Of a stretch of 64,000 nucleotides of DNA, positions 39,694-49,938 are shown one piece after another; within the stretch, counting starts at the first letter, position 1; every line of letters starts with the position of its first letter. A program made the position numbers and the translations under genes. Below the pieces are notes generated by a model. The model was not told where the DNA came from and made no database searches. It saw only the letters and a list, made by a program, of their open reading frames with translations. Source of the DNA: Atribacterota bacterium (GTDB taxonomy: Bacteria; Atribacterota; Phoenicimicrobiia; Phoenicimicrobiales; Stramentimicrobiaceae); NCBI GenBank assembly GCA_040767965.1, contig JAXGNR010000004.1, positions 544,001 to 608,000 on the forward strand, in the 5' to 3' direction.

Positions 39694-40305
39694 ATGATAT
39701 ATTTTTTACTATTATTCTCTGGTTATATATTAGGGTCAATTCCTTTTGGTTATCTGGTTGGAAAATATTTAAAGGGAATTGATATAAGAGAATACGGAAG
39801 TGGTAACATTGGCGTAGCTAATATATTTAGAGTTATGGGGTTAAAATATGCCTTTTTAGTTCTTTTAGGAGACTGTTTAAAAGGTTTTATTTCTATTTAC
39901 TTATCCCGCTGGTTTTTACCGGAAAACATTATTTTTTTACTGGCAGTAGGGTTAGCAGCCATTATTGGACATAACTGGTCAATCTTTTTAGGATTTAAGG
40001 GTGGGAAAGGAATTGCCACAACATACGGAGTAGTGCTGGCATTTTATCCCAATATTGCAATTATTTGTGCCTTGCTATGGGGATTTATAGTTGCGAAAAC
40101 AAAATTTGCTGCACTTGGCTCTATCGTTTCAGTATTATTTATGGTATTATTATCTTTTTTGTTTAAAACAATTGATTATTTTAGAATATTTACTATTATT
40201 GTTTTGTTGTTTGCAGTAATTAGGCATCAGGGTAATATTGTTAGATTAATACAAAAAAAAGAAAATAAAATTATAAATAAAAACAAAAATAATATACAAA
40301 AATAG
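39694..40305 (+). CDS. plsY: acyl-phosphate:glycerol-3-phosphate acyltransferase PlsY
   Basis: GSIPFG, DIREYGSGNIG..N..R, GH..S.FLGFKGGKGIAT, RH..NI.RL. Confidence 0.95.
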   Translation: MIYFLLLFSGYILGSIPFGYLVGKYLKGIDIREYGSGNIGVANIFRVMGLKYAFLVLLGDCLKGFISIYLSRWFLPENIIFLLAVGLAAIIGHNWSIFLGFKGGKGIATTYGVVLAFYPNIAIICALLWGFIVAKTKFAALGSIVSVLFMVLLSFLFKTIDYFRIFTIIVLLFAVIRHQGNIVRLIQKKENKIINKNKNNIQK

Positions 40306-40317
40306 GGAAAATTGTTA

Positions 40318-42435
40318 ATGAAAGAAAATCTCATTATTGTCGAATCACCAACAAAAGAAAAAGTACTTAAAGAAATATTAGGAGAAAAATATAGAATAAC
40401 CTCCAGCAAAGGTCATGTGAAGGACTTACCAAAATCAAGGCTTGGTATTGATATCGAAAAAGAATATGAGCCAACCTGGATTATAATACCTGCTAAAAGA
40501 ATCCTTGTGAAAAAATTAAAATCCCTGGCTGAAAATAAAGAAAATATATTTTTGGCTACTGATCCAGACCGGGAAGGAGAAGCAATATCATGGCATATTG
40601 CAACAGAGTTAAATATTGAAAACAAGGAATGCCGTATTGTATTTAATGAAATCACAAAAAATGCCATAGTGAATGCAGTTAATAATCCTAGAAAATTGGA
40701 TATGGATTTAGTAGATTCTCAAATTGCCCGCCGTTTACTGGATCGTTTGGTTGGTTATAAAGTAAGTCCACTTTGTTATAGATACACTAGAGGAAAAAGT
40801 GCTGGTAGGGTACAGTCAGTAGCTGTTCATTTGATAGTTAAAAGAGAAGAAGAGATCCAGGCTTTTCAGCCAAAAGAGTTTTGGAAAATAACTGTTCAGC
40901 TAGGCAAAAATAAAAGTGGAAAGATAAATTCCTTTGAAGCCTCTTTGACAACTAAAAATGGAGAAAAAATTGCAATTGAAAACAAAAAAAAGTCAGAGGA
41001 AATTTGTCATGATTTAAAAAAAAGAAAATATTTTGTCTCTGAAATACAGGATAAAAAAGAATATAAACATCCTCCTTTACCTTTAAGGACTAGCACTTTG
41101 CAGCAGATGGCATATAATAGGCTAAATTATTCTGTAAAAAGAACTATGAGAATTGCCCAACAATTATATGAAGGGATTGCTATAACGGGTCATGGCACTA
41201 TGGGATTAATTACCTATATGAGAACAGACTCTACCCGGATATCTGATGACGCAAAAATAAAAGCCCGGGAACATATAAAAAAATATTATGGAAAAGAATA
41301 TCTATCAACAAAAAAAAGTAACTTTTCAAAGAGGGGAAATAACCAAAAGATACAGGATGCTCATGAAGCAATTAGACCTACCAATATAGATTTTATTCCT
41401 GATTTAATCAAGGATAGCCTGACTAGTGAACAATTTAAAGTTTATAGTCTCATATGGGAATATTTTATAACAAGTCAGATGAAATCAGCTTTATTGGAAA
41501 GAAACAAAGTAAAAATAAAAGCAGAAGAATACGGTCTTGAATTAAATGGAACTAAAATATTATTTCCTGGCTATTTAAAAGTATTTGGAGAAAATGAAAT
41601 TGAAAAAAATATCATACCTGATTTAATTGCTAATGAGGAATTAGATTTATTAAAAATTCTTCCAAAACAGTCCTTTACAAAACCACCTGCAAGATATAAT
41701 GAAGCTAGCCTGGTAAAAGTATTAGAAAAAGAAGGTATTGGCAGACCAAGCACTTATGCTGTAATAATAGATAAAATTCAATCTAGAAATTATGTTGAAA
41801 AAGAAAACAAAACTTTTATACCTACAAATTTAGGAAAGACAGTTGATAAGTTTTTAGTAAATTACTTTTCTGATATCATCAATATTAAATTTACTGCTGA
41901 AATGGAAAATAGTCTTGACGAGATAGAAGCAGGCAAGCACCAGTGGAAAACAATGCTTGATAAGATTTATAAGATATTGTTGGAGGATATATCAAATCTA
42001 GATAAAAACCCTCCAAAATTATTGTTGCAACAAAGCAGAGAGATGACTGAAGAAAAATGTTCTGTTTGTGATAGTCCAATGGAAATTAAGAATGGCCCTT
42101 ATGGTAAATACCTATCTTGTTCTGAGAACCCAAGTAAACATCCAACCAGGCCTTATATGATTAAAGTGGGGATTCCTTGTCCGGAAAAGAAATGTGATGG
42201 TGAAATTATTAAAAGGAAAAGCAAGAAAGGCAGAACTTTCTATGGCTGCAGCAATTATCCAAATTGTAAATTTTTTTCTAATAAACTACCTGTGAATAAA
42301 AAATGTCCTAAATGTGACTCTATTCTAGTCAAAACTACAAGTAAAAAAAAGGGTGATTTTTACCAATGCATTTCGAGCAAATGTGACTACAGGGAAGAGA
42401 TAATTAAAAATGGAAAAAACGTTAGCGATAACTGA
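40318..42435 (+). CDS. topA: DNA topoisomerase I
   Basis: IVESP.K, LATDPDREGE, SAGRVQS, ITYMRTDS, AHEAIRPT, GIGRPSTYA and C-terminal Zn ribbons. Confidence 0.97.
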   Translation: MKENLIIVESPTKEKVLKEILGEKYRITSSKGHVKDLPKSRLGIDIEKEYEPTWIIIPAKRILVKKLKSLAENKENIFLATDPDREGEAISWHIATELNIENKECRIVFNEITKNAIVNAVNNPRKLDMDLVDSQIARRLLDRLVGYKVSPLCYRYTRGKSAGRVQSVAVHLIVKREEEIQAFQPKEFWKITVQLGKNKSGKINSFEASLTTKNGEKIAIENKKKSEEICHDLKKRKYFVSEIQDKKEYKHPPLPLRTSTLQQMAYNRLNYSVKRTMRIAQQLYEGIAITGHGTMGLITYMRTDSTRISDDAKIKAREHIKKYYGKEYLSTKKSNFSKRGNNQKIQDAHEAIRPTNIDFIPDLIKDSLTSEQFKVYSLIWEYFITSQMKSALLERNKVKIKAEEYGLELNGTKILFPGYLKVFGENEIEKNIIPDLIANEELDLLKILPKQSFTKPPARYNEASLVKVLEKEGIGRPSTYAVIIDKIQSRNYVEKENKTFIPTNLGKTVDKFLVNYFSDIINIKFTAEMENSLDEIEAGKHQWKTMLDKIYKILLEDISNLDKNPPKLLLQQSREMTEEKCSVCDSPMEIKNGPYGKYLSCSENPSKHPTRPYMIKVGIPCPEKKCDGEIIKRKSKKGRTFYGCSNYPNCKFFSNKLPVNKKCPKCDSILVKTTSKKKGDFYQCISSKCDYREEIIKNGKNVSDN

Positions 42436-43321
42436 ATATATAAAAGATTATTTAAAATATCTGAACAGAAAAAAACATTTTTCTCAAAATACCATTATCG
42501 TATATATTAAAGATATTGAAAAACTAGTTAGTTTTGGCCAAGATAAAAATATAAAGAATATTGTTGATAATAATTTTTTACGGAAATATATTGTATTCTT
42601 GATTGAAAAAAAATACTCTGAAAGGACGATAGCTAGAAAAATATCATCCATTAGAGGTTTTTTTAAATATCTAGTTAGAGAAGGAATCATAGAAAATAAT
42701 CCTGCAGAATATTTGCAAACACCAAAAATAAAAAATAAGTTACCTAATTTTCTTTTTTTTGATGAAATAAGAATATTATTAAGCTCTGTAAAAACTGACT
42801 CTCCAAAAGATATAAGAGATAAGGCTATTCTAGAGATAATGTATGGTACAGGACTTAGAGTATCAGAATTAACCAATTTAAAAATATCTAATATCAATGA
42901 AAATGAAAATACAATGAAAGTTCTTGGAAAAGGTTCTAAAGAGAGAATACTACCTTTAAGCTACCCTGTGTTAAAATCAATGAAAAAATATAAAGAGATT
43001 AGAACAAAAATACCAAAAAAGGCATATCAAAATAATACAGATAATGAGCATTTTTTTATAAATTGTTTTGGGACAAAACTTTCTACCAGAAGTGTAAGGA
43101 GAATAGTTAACCATTATATGGATGTAGCAGGCTTGAATAAGAAAATAAGCCCACATGTTTTTCGACATACATTTGCCACGCACCTGTTAAACGGCGGAGC
43201 CGATCTAAGATCTGTTCAAGAAATGCTTGGACATGAAAATTTATCTACAACCCAAATATACACTCATATAACAAAGGATAAACTAATAGAAATTTATAAA
43301 AAAGCTATACCGAGAAAGTAA
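42410..43321 (+). CDS. xerC: tyrosine recombinase XerC/XerD (CodV-like)
   Basis: R..H..R..H..Y catalytic set (GLRVSE, HVFRHTFATH, LGH, TTQIY); topA-xer-hslVU synteny. Confidence 0.88.
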   Translation: MEKTLAITEYIKDYLKYLNRKKHFSQNTIIVYIKDIEKLVSFGQDKNIKNIVDNNFLRKYIVFLIEKKYSERTIARKISSIRGFFKYLVREGIIENNPAEYLQTPKIKNKLPNFLFFDEIRILLSSVKTDSPKDIRDKAILEIMYGTGLRVSELTNLKISNINENENTMKVLGKGSKERILPLSYPVLKSMKKYKEIRTKIPKKAYQNNTDNEHFFINCFGTKLSTRSVRRIVNHYMDVAGLNKKISPHVFRHTFATHLLNGGADLRSVQEMLGHENLSTTQIYTHITKDKLIEIYKKAIPRK

Positions 43322-43381
43322 TAAAACATATAATTGCAATTTATTAAAGCCTAATATTAGAGTATAATATTATAATATAAA

Positions 43382-43408
43382 CTAGCAGTAATTAAATAGT
43401 ACTGTTTA
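43382..43408. promoter_or_regulatory. CIRCE-like 9-N9-9 inverted repeat upstream of hslVU
   Basis: CTAGCAGTA-ATTAAATAG-TACTGTTTA, lying between TATAAT boxes and the RBS. Confidence 0.35.
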
Positions 43409-43424
43409 AGGAGATATAAGAAAA

Positions 43425-43970
43425 ATGTATAAAGGAACAACCATCATAGCTGTAAAAAAAGATAATAAAATTGCTATTGCCGGTGATGGGCAGATTACTA
43501 TGGGCAATACTATTGCAAAGAACAGAGCTAGAAAAGTACGAAAAATATATCATGACAAAATTTTAACAGGATTTGCGGGAGGGGCTGCAGATGCTCTTAC
43601 TTTATATGAAAGATTTGAAAATAAATTAGAAGAATACCAAGGCAATTTAAAAAAGGCTTCTATTGAACTGGCTAAAGACTGGAGAACTGACAAAATGCTT
43701 AGAAAATTGGAAGCACTTCTTATTGTTGCTGATTTGGATGACATGTTTACCATTTCCGGTAATGGAGATATTATTGAACCTGATAAACCAATTATTGCAA
43801 TCGGTTCCGGAGGAGCTTATGCCCTGGCAGCAGCGCAAGCGCTATATTCATTCACAAATTTATCAGCAAAAGAGATTGTATTGGAATCATTGAGAATAAC
43901 TGCTAAAATATGTATTTACACTAATGATGATATTACTGTTGAATCACTGGATACAAAGGAAGTGTACTAA
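43425..43970 (+). CDS. hslV: ATP-dependent protease peptidase subunit HslV
   Basis: GTTI N-terminal Thr, GDGQIT.G, GFAG..ADA, IGSGG, ICIYTN. Confidence 0.97.
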   Translation: MYKGTTIIAVKKDNKIAIAGDGQITMGNTIAKNRARKVRKIYHDKILTGFAGGAADALTLYERFENKLEEYQGNLKKASIELAKDWRTDKMLRKLEALLIVADLDDMFTISGNGDIIEPDKPIIAIGSGGAYALAAAQALYSFTNLSAKEIVLESLRITAKICIYTNDDITVESLDTKEVY

Positions 43971-45358
43971 TGTTAAAAGGATATACTCCTTCAGAAATTG
44001 TATCTGAATTAGATAAATATATTATAGGACAAAAAAATGCTAAAGAGATTGTTGCAATTGCTTTGAGAAATAGAATTAGAAGAAAAAAATTATCAGCAAA
44101 GATGATGGAAGAGGTTACGCCAAAAAACATTATAATGATCGGACCAACGGGAGTTGGCAAAACAGAGATAGCAAGAAGGTTGGCTAGAATTGCCAATGCC
44201 CCCTTTGTTAAAGTCGAAGCAACAAAATTTACTGAAGTTGGCTATGTGGGAAAAGATGTAGATTCTATGATTAGAGACCTGGTTCAAGCATCAGTACAGC
44301 TAGTAAGAAAAGAAAAAATCCTTGAGATTCATGATGATGCTGAAAAAAGAGTTGAAGAGAGAATACTCCAATCGTTATTACCCGAAAAAACACCGGATGA
44401 CTTGGTTTATGATTATGATAAGAAAGAAAATTCTGATATTGTAGAAGTTGATAGCAATTCTAGTAAACAGGACAGATTCAAAAAAACAAAAGAAAAATTA
44501 AGAGAAAAGCTTATATCAGGAGAATTGGAAGAAAAAGAAATATTTATTGAAGTTGAAGAAAGAACACAATCTCCTATGGATATGTTCTCAAATATGGGCA
44601 TTGAAGGAATAGGAATAAATTTTAAGGATATAATGGACCGGATGCTTCCAAACAAGAAAAAAAGACAAAAATTAAAAATAGCAGAAGCAAAAAAAATATT
44701 GCTTGATGATGAAGTGGAAAAAATGCTGGATACTAATAAATTGGCAAAAGAAGCCATTGAAAGAGCAGAAGAATTAGGAATTGTTTTCATAGATGAAATT
44801 GATAAAATTGCAATGAAAGAGAATTCATATGGCCCTGATGTTTCCAGAAGTGGAGTGCAAAGAGATATTTTACCGATAATTGAGGGTTCCACGGTTGTTA
44901 CAAAATATGGGATAATTAAAACAGATCATATACTTTTTATTGCTGCCGGAGCTTTTAATTCTACAAAACCTTCTGATCTAATTCCAGAACTGCAAGGCAG
45001 ATTTCCATTAAGGGTTGAATTAAATAGTTTGAGAATAAATGATTTGGAAAAAATATTAACCGAACCGGAAAACTCTCTAATTAAACAATATGATGCTTTA
45101 TTAAGAACAGAAGGTATTAGATTAGAATTCGCATCAGAAGCAATAAAAGAAATAGCAAGAATTGCAGCAGTAGTAAATGATCAAAATGAGAATATTGGTG
45201 CAAGAAGGCTCCACACAATTTTAGAAAAGTTATTAGAAAGAATTTCATTTAATGCTTCAAAGATCAAAAAAAAGAAAATAGTGATTAGTAAAAAATATGT
45301 AAAAACAAGATTAAATAACATAATTAGAAAAGAAGATTTAAGTAAATATATATTATAG
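43970..45358 (+). CDS. hslU: ATP-dependent protease ATPase subunit HslU
   Basis: GPTGVGKTEIARRLA, KVEATKFTEVGYVG, FIDEIDK, PELQGRFP, GARRLHT, C-terminal DLSKYIL. Confidence 0.97.
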   Translation: MLKGYTPSEIVSELDKYIIGQKNAKEIVAIALRNRIRRKKLSAKMMEEVTPKNIIMIGPTGVGKTEIARRLARIANAPFVKVEATKFTEVGYVGKDVDSMIRDLVQASVQLVRKEKILEIHDDAEKRVEERILQSLLPEKTPDDLVYDYDKKENSDIVEVDSNSSKQDRFKKTKEKLREKLISGELEEKEIFIEVEERTQSPMDMFSNMGIEGIGINFKDIMDRMLPNKKKRQKLKIAEAKKILLDDEVEKMLDTNKLAKEAIERAEELGIVFIDEIDKIAMKENSYGPDVSRSGVQRDILPIIEGSTVVTKYGIIKTDHILFIAAGAFNSTKPSDLIPELQGRFPLRVELNSLRINDLEKILTEPENSLIKQYDALLRTEGIRLEFASEAIKEIARIAAVVNDQNENIGARRLHTILEKLLERISFNASKIKKKKIVISKKYVKTRLNNIIRKEDLSKYIL

Positions 45359-45403
45359 TTAATAAATGAATTAAGCTTTTGTTTATTCTAAAATATTAAC
45401 CTC

Positions 45404-45432
45404 TTGATAAACAAAATTAATTATGCTATACT
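45404..45432 (+). promoter_or_regulatory. sigma70-type promoter for rpsB-tsf-pyrH-frr
   Basis: TTGATA-N17-TATACT with an extended -10 TG. Confidence 0.65.
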
Positions 45433-45506
45433 GATTTGGTTTTTATCAATATTAATTTATAATATAATATATATAAATTTAAAAAAAATAAAAGGAGCGT
45501 GGTTAT

Positions 45507-46226
45507 TTGAGCGTTGTATCTATGAAACAATTATTAGAATCAGGAGTTCATTTTGGTCATCAAAAAAGACGTTGGGATCCTAGAATGAAACCTTATATCT
45601 TTACTGAAAGAAATAATATTTATATTATTGATCTTCAACAAACAGTCAAACTGATTGATGAGGCTTATAATTTTGTCCACAATCTAGTTAGGAATAATGG
45701 TAATATTTTGTTTGTAGGAACAAAGAAACAAGCCCAAGAAGCTATAAGTTCAGAGGCGGAAAAGTGTGGAATGCCATATATTAACTATAGATGGTTAGGT
45801 GGTACTTTAACTAATTATAATACAATAAACCAGAGGGTTAAAAGGCTTTTTCAACTAGAAAAAATGGAACAAGGAGATGATTTTAATTTCCTTCCCAAAA
45901 AAGAAGTTATAATATTAAAAAGAGAGAAAGAAAAACTGGAAAAACTTTTAACTGGAATAAAAAATATGGAAAGACTGCCGGATGCTTTGTTCATTATAGA
46001 CCCGAAAAGAGAAAAAATAGCAGTTGCTGAAGCTAAAAAATTGTCTATCCCAATAGTGGCTGTTGTAGACACAAATTGTAATCCTGAAGAAATCGATTAT
46101 TTAATTCCTGGTAACGATGATGCTATAAGAGCTATTAAATTAATGACTGCTGTTATTGCTGATGCAGTTTTAGAAGGTAAAAAGTCATCTTTGGAAGAAA
46201 AAGAAAATTCTAAAATTGCAGTATAA
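45507..46226 (+). CDS. rpsB: 30S ribosomal protein S2
   Basis: [40 protein letters not shown]. Confidence 0.98.
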   Translation: MSVVSMKQLLESGVHFGHQKRRWDPRMKPYIFTERNNIYIIDLQQTVKLIDEAYNFVHNLVRNNGNILFVGTKKQAQEAISSEAEKCGMPYINYRWLGGTLTNYNTINQRVKRLFQLEKMEQGDDFNFLPKKEVIILKREKEKLEKLLTGIKNMERLPDALFIIDPKREKIAVAEAKKLSIPIVAVVDTNCNPEEIDYLIPGNDDAIRAIKLMTAVIADAVLEGKKSSLEEKENSKIAV

Positions 46227-46285
46227 TTCAATTATTAATTGTTTTTTTAAAAGATAAAAATGTTAACTAAAAGGAGACAAACAAA

Positions 46286-46879
46286 ATGAGTATTAGCGCT
46301 AAATCAGTTAAGGAGCTAAGAGATAAAACTGGTGCAGGCATGATGGATTGCAAAAAAGCATTGCTGCACTCAGAAGGCGATCCGGATAAGGCCCTTGACT
46401 ATTTAAGAAAAAAAGGCATACAATCAGCTACTTCTAAATTAAGTAGAAAAGCATCCAATGGAATAATTACATCTTATATTCATCTAAATGGCAAAGTTGG
46501 AGTTTTGCTTGAGATAAATTGCGAAACTGATTTTGTTTCAAAAACTAATGAGTTCAATGAGCTGGCAAAAAATATTACTTTACAAATAGCTGCTGCAAAC
46601 CCGAAATATGTAAAAAGAGAAGATGTTCCTCAGGATGTTATTGATAAGGAAAAGGAAGTATATTACGGTCAAGCGGAAAATATGAATAAGCCTCCAAAAG
46701 TACTTGAAAGTATAGTCGAAGGTAAAATTAATAAGTTCTATAAAGAGATATGTTTATTAGAGCAACCATATATTCGCGATCCAGAAAAAACAGTTAATGA
46801 GCTGGTCCTGGAAACTATTGCAAAAATTAAGGAAAACATTGTGGTAAAAAGGTTTACTAGATATCAGCTTGGAGAATAG
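46286..46879 (+). CDS. tsf: elongation factor Ts (short form)
   Basis: VKELRDKTGAGMMDCKKAL, EINCETDFV; 197 aa. Confidence 0.97.
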   Translation: MSISAKSVKELRDKTGAGMMDCKKALLHSEGDPDKALDYLRKKGIQSATSKLSRKASNGIITSYIHLNGKVGVLLEINCETDFVSKTNEFNELAKNITLQIAAANPKYVKREDVPQDVIDKEKEVYYGQAENMNKPPKVLESIVEGKINKFYKEICLLEQPYIRDPEKTVNELVLETIAKIKENIVVKRFTRYQLGE

Positions 46880-46888
46880 AATATTGTA

Positions 46889-47614
46889 ATGAATAATAAA
46901 AAATCTGTTTATAAAAGGATATTATTAAAACTAGGTGGTGAATCTTTCTCTGGAGAAGGCAAAGCGGGAATCGATATAGAAAAGGTAAAATTTCTATCTG
47001 AAGAATTGGCTGAAGTAAAAAAAATGGGTATTCAGATAGCAATAGTTATCGGAGGAGGAAACATTTTTAGAGGAAGAGAAGCAAGCAAGAGAGGAATAAA
47101 CCAGGTTTCAGCAGATTATATGGGAATGCTGGGTACGGTTATAAACGCTTTAGCATTACAGGATTCATTAGAAAAACTTAACATCGAAACAAGAGTTCAA
47201 ACTGCTATTGAGATGAGAGCAGTTGCCGAACCCTATATAAGAAGAAGAGCAATCCGTCACTTGGAAAAAGATAGAATTGTTATACTTGCTGCAGGAACCG
47301 GACATCCTTTTTTTACCACAGATACAGCTGCGGCATTGAGGGCAATCGAACTGGATGCTGATGCAATATTGAAAGCTACGAAAGTTGATGGAGTATATGA
47401 ATCTGATCCACTTGTCAACAATGATGCTTTAAAGTTTAAAAAAATAAGTTTTTTAGATTTTTTAAACAAAAACCTAAAGGTAATGGATGCCACTTCAATT
47501 TCATTATGCATGGAAAATAAAGTCCCTATAGTAGTGTTTAACATTAATAATCCTGGAAATATTAAAAAAGTTATTTTAGGAGAACAAATTGGCACTATAG
47601 TAAAGGAGGATTGA
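46889..47614 (+). CDS. pyrH: UMP kinase
   Basis: [38 protein letters not shown]. Confidence 0.97.
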   Translation: MNNKKSVYKRILLKLGGESFSGEGKAGIDIEKVKFLSEELAEVKKMGIQIAIVIGGGNIFRGREASKRGINQVSADYMGMLGTVINALALQDSLEKLNIETRVQTAIEMRAVAEPYIRRRAIRHLEKDRIVILAAGTGHPFFTTDTAAALRAIELDADAILKATKVDGVYESDPLVNNDALKFKKISFLDFLNKNLKVMDATSISLCMENKVPIVVFNINNPGNIKKVILGEQIGTIVKED

Positions 47615-47615
47615 A

Positions 47616-48173
47616 ATGCTAAAAGTAATAATAAATGAAACAGAAGATAAAATGAAAAAAGCTATTAAAGTCTTGAAGGATGAGCTTTCTCATATGAGAA
47701 CAGGCCGGGCCTCAACCGCTTTGATTGAAAACATTAAAATTGAATATTATGGAACAGAAACCCCCTTAAGAGAACTAGCAAATTTAGCCGTCCCTGAAGC
47801 GGAATTAATTGTAATACAACCATGGGATAAAACCATTATTAATGTAATTGAAAAATCTATCTGGAAAGCGGATATAGGTATTACACCTAATAATGATGGA
47901 AATGTTATCAGGTTAACAATACCTCCAATGACAGAAGATAGAAGAAAAGAAATAGCTAAACTAATAAAAAAAGAAGCAGAGGCTGCCAAGGTAGCTGTTA
48001 GAAATGTCAGAAGAGATATTAATGATAAAATAAAAAAAATGGGAAAAAATAGCGATATTTCTGAAGACCAAAGTAAAGAAGTCCTGAAAGAAGTGCAAGA
48101 AATTACAGACCGCTATACTAAGGATATTGATGAAATTTATAAGGCAAAAGAAGTAGAAATTATGAAAGTCTAA
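47616..48173 (+). CDS. frr: ribosome recycling factor
   Basis: RTGRA, YYG..TPL, IPP.TE.RRK, VAVRNVRRD. Confidence 0.97.
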   Translation: MLKVIINETEDKMKKAIKVLKDELSHMRTGRASTALIENIKIEYYGTETPLRELANLAVPEAELIVIQPWDKTIINVIEKSIWKADIGITPNNDGNVIRLTIPPMTEDRRKEIAKLIKKEAEAAKVAVRNVRRDINDKIKKMGKNSDISEDQSKEVLKEVQEITDRYTKDIDEIYKAKEVEIMKV

Positions 48174-48236
48174 AATATATTGTAATAACAACCTTATTAG
48201 AAATTTTATATATTGTTTTATTGATTAAAAATATGT

Positions 48237-48298
48237 AATCCCCCTAATACCAAAACATGTGAGATGTTAAAAAGTATTTTCAAAATGGGGATTTTTTT
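48237..48298 (+). terminator. interrupted hairpin with a U-tract after frr
   Basis: AATCCCC..AATAC..AACAT-GTGAG-ATGTT..GTATT..GGGGATT followed by a T-run. Confidence 0.45.
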
Positions 48299-48331
48299 AT
48301 AAGTTAATCCAAATGGGAAAAAGTTGTGTAA

Positions 48332-49093
48332 ATGATTAAATATAATTATTTTGACAATACAAAGGAAAAACAAAATATCTCTAACATCAGACATTTAGCT
48401 ATTATTATGGATGGTAACAGAAGATGGGCTAAAAAAAGAAATTTACCCAGTTTTATAGGGCATAAAGCAGGTCTAAATACTATTAAAATGGTCATTGAAG
48501 AATCAATAAAATCTGATATAGAAATATTAACACTTTATGCTTTTTCTACTGAGAACTGGAAAAGATCCTCTAAAGAAGTTAATTCGCTTATGGATATTTT
48601 CTATGAAAGTATAATTAGAGAAGAAGATAATTTAATAAAAAATAGCATAAAGGTGAAATTTATTGGTATCCGAGATAATTTATCAAAAAAATTAATCAAT
48701 GCTATGGTTGATTTGGAGAAAAAAACCTCTGAAAATATAAAATTAATATTAAATATTGCAATAAATTATGGTGGAAGAAATGAGATATGTAATGCCGTCA
48801 AAATAATTTGCAAAAAATATTCCCAAATGTCATTAGATGAATCATTAAGTGAAATAGATCGTTTAAATGAAAATATTATAGAAAAACATCTTTTTACTAC
48901 TGGAATACCCGATCCGGATTTATTGATAAGGACCGGAGGAGAAAAAAGAATAAGCAATTTTCTTTTATGGCAGTTAGCATATACGGAATTATGGTTTACA
49001 GATACTTATTGGCCAGATTTTAATTCGGAAGAATTTCACAATTCAATTAAAGATTATGAAAAAAGGGTGAGGAAGTTTGGGGGAGCGATTTGA
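48332..49093 (+). CDS. uppS: undecaprenyl diphosphate synthase
   Basis: HLAIIMDGNRRWA, YAFSTENWKR, NYGGR, DLLIRTGGE.RISNFLLWQ. Confidence 0.97.
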   Translation: MIKYNYFDNTKEKQNISNIRHLAIIMDGNRRWAKKRNLPSFIGHKAGLNTIKMVIEESIKSDIEILTLYAFSTENWKRSSKEVNSLMDIFYESIIREEDNLIKNSIKVKFIGIRDNLSKKLINAMVDLEKKTSENIKLILNIAINYGGRNEICNAVKIICKKYSQMSLDESLSEIDRLNENIIEKHLFTTGIPDPDLLIRTGGEKRISNFLLWQLAYTELWFTDTYWPDFNSEEFHNSIKDYEKRVRKFGGAI

Positions 49094-49901
49094 AAAAATA
49101 AAGACCAGAATTATTACTATTCTCCTAGGAGTTCCATTGGTATTTTTAATAATTCACAATGGTGGAACAATATTTCATCTAACAGTTATTTTGCTCTCTG
49201 TTTTAGGAAATATAGAATTGTGGACGATTATTAAAAATAGAGAATATCGACCTTCTTTATTATTTAGCATCTTATTAACAAATTTCTATTTGTTTACAAG
49301 ACTTAGTTATGAATATGAATTAAATATAGATATTATTTATTTCAATCTAATATTTCTAGTGTTAGTTTTCCTCATTTTTGCTGAGCACTTTGTATTTAAA
49401 AAAAATAAGGAAAATATGGTTACAAACATAGCCATAACATTTTTTATCTCCATTTATATCGGGTATTTGCTTTCATATTTAATTTTCATTAGAAAATTAG
49501 AACAAGGACATATTTATTTAAGTTTTGTTCTTTTCTCCACATGGATGAGTGATGCAGCAGCTTACCTGGTAGGGGTAAAATTCGGGAAAAATCATATTTT
49601 CCCGAAAGTGAGTCCAAATAAGACACTGGAGGGTTCTATTGGTGGTGTTTTTGGAGGTGTTTTGAGTGGGTTATTATTCTCATTTTTTGCACCACTAAAT
49701 TTATATCTACTTGCCTTCCTTGGTTTAATCATTTCCATAAGCGGTCAAATTGGTGATTTATTCGAATCAATGATAAAGAGAAATTTTAAAGTGAAAGATT
49801 CAGGGAATATGATTCCCGGGCATGGTGGGATACTGGATTGTATGGACAGCATATTATTTTCAGTCCCGGTATTATACTATATTTTATTATTTATATTGTG
49901 A
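49077..49901 (+). CDS. cdsA: phosphatidate cytidylyltransferase
   Basis: W.SD..AY, SPNKTLEG, GDLFESMIKR..VKDSG..IPGHGGILD..DS. Confidence 0.95.
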   Translation: MGERFEKIKTRIITILLGVPLVFLIIHNGGTIFHLTVILLSVLGNIELWTIIKNREYRPSLLFSILLTNFYLFTRLSYEYELNIDIIYFNLIFLVLVFLIFAEHFVFKKNKENMVTNIAITFFISIYIGYLLSYLIFIRKLEQGHIYLSFVLFSTWMSDAAAYLVGVKFGKNHIFPKVSPNKTLEGSIGGVFGGVLSGLLFSFFAPLNLYLLAFLGLIISISGQIGDLFESMIKRNFKVKDSGNMIPGHGGILDCMDSILFSVPVLYYILLFIL

Positions 49902-49938
49902 TTGCGAAAGATTATAAAAAAATTTTGGAGATGTGTTT

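Noticed and set aside
42410-43321. Tyrosine recombinase as a possible integrase of a mobile element
   Set aside because: It sits in the housekeeping topA-xer-hslVU context with no att repeats, cargo genes or compositional shift.
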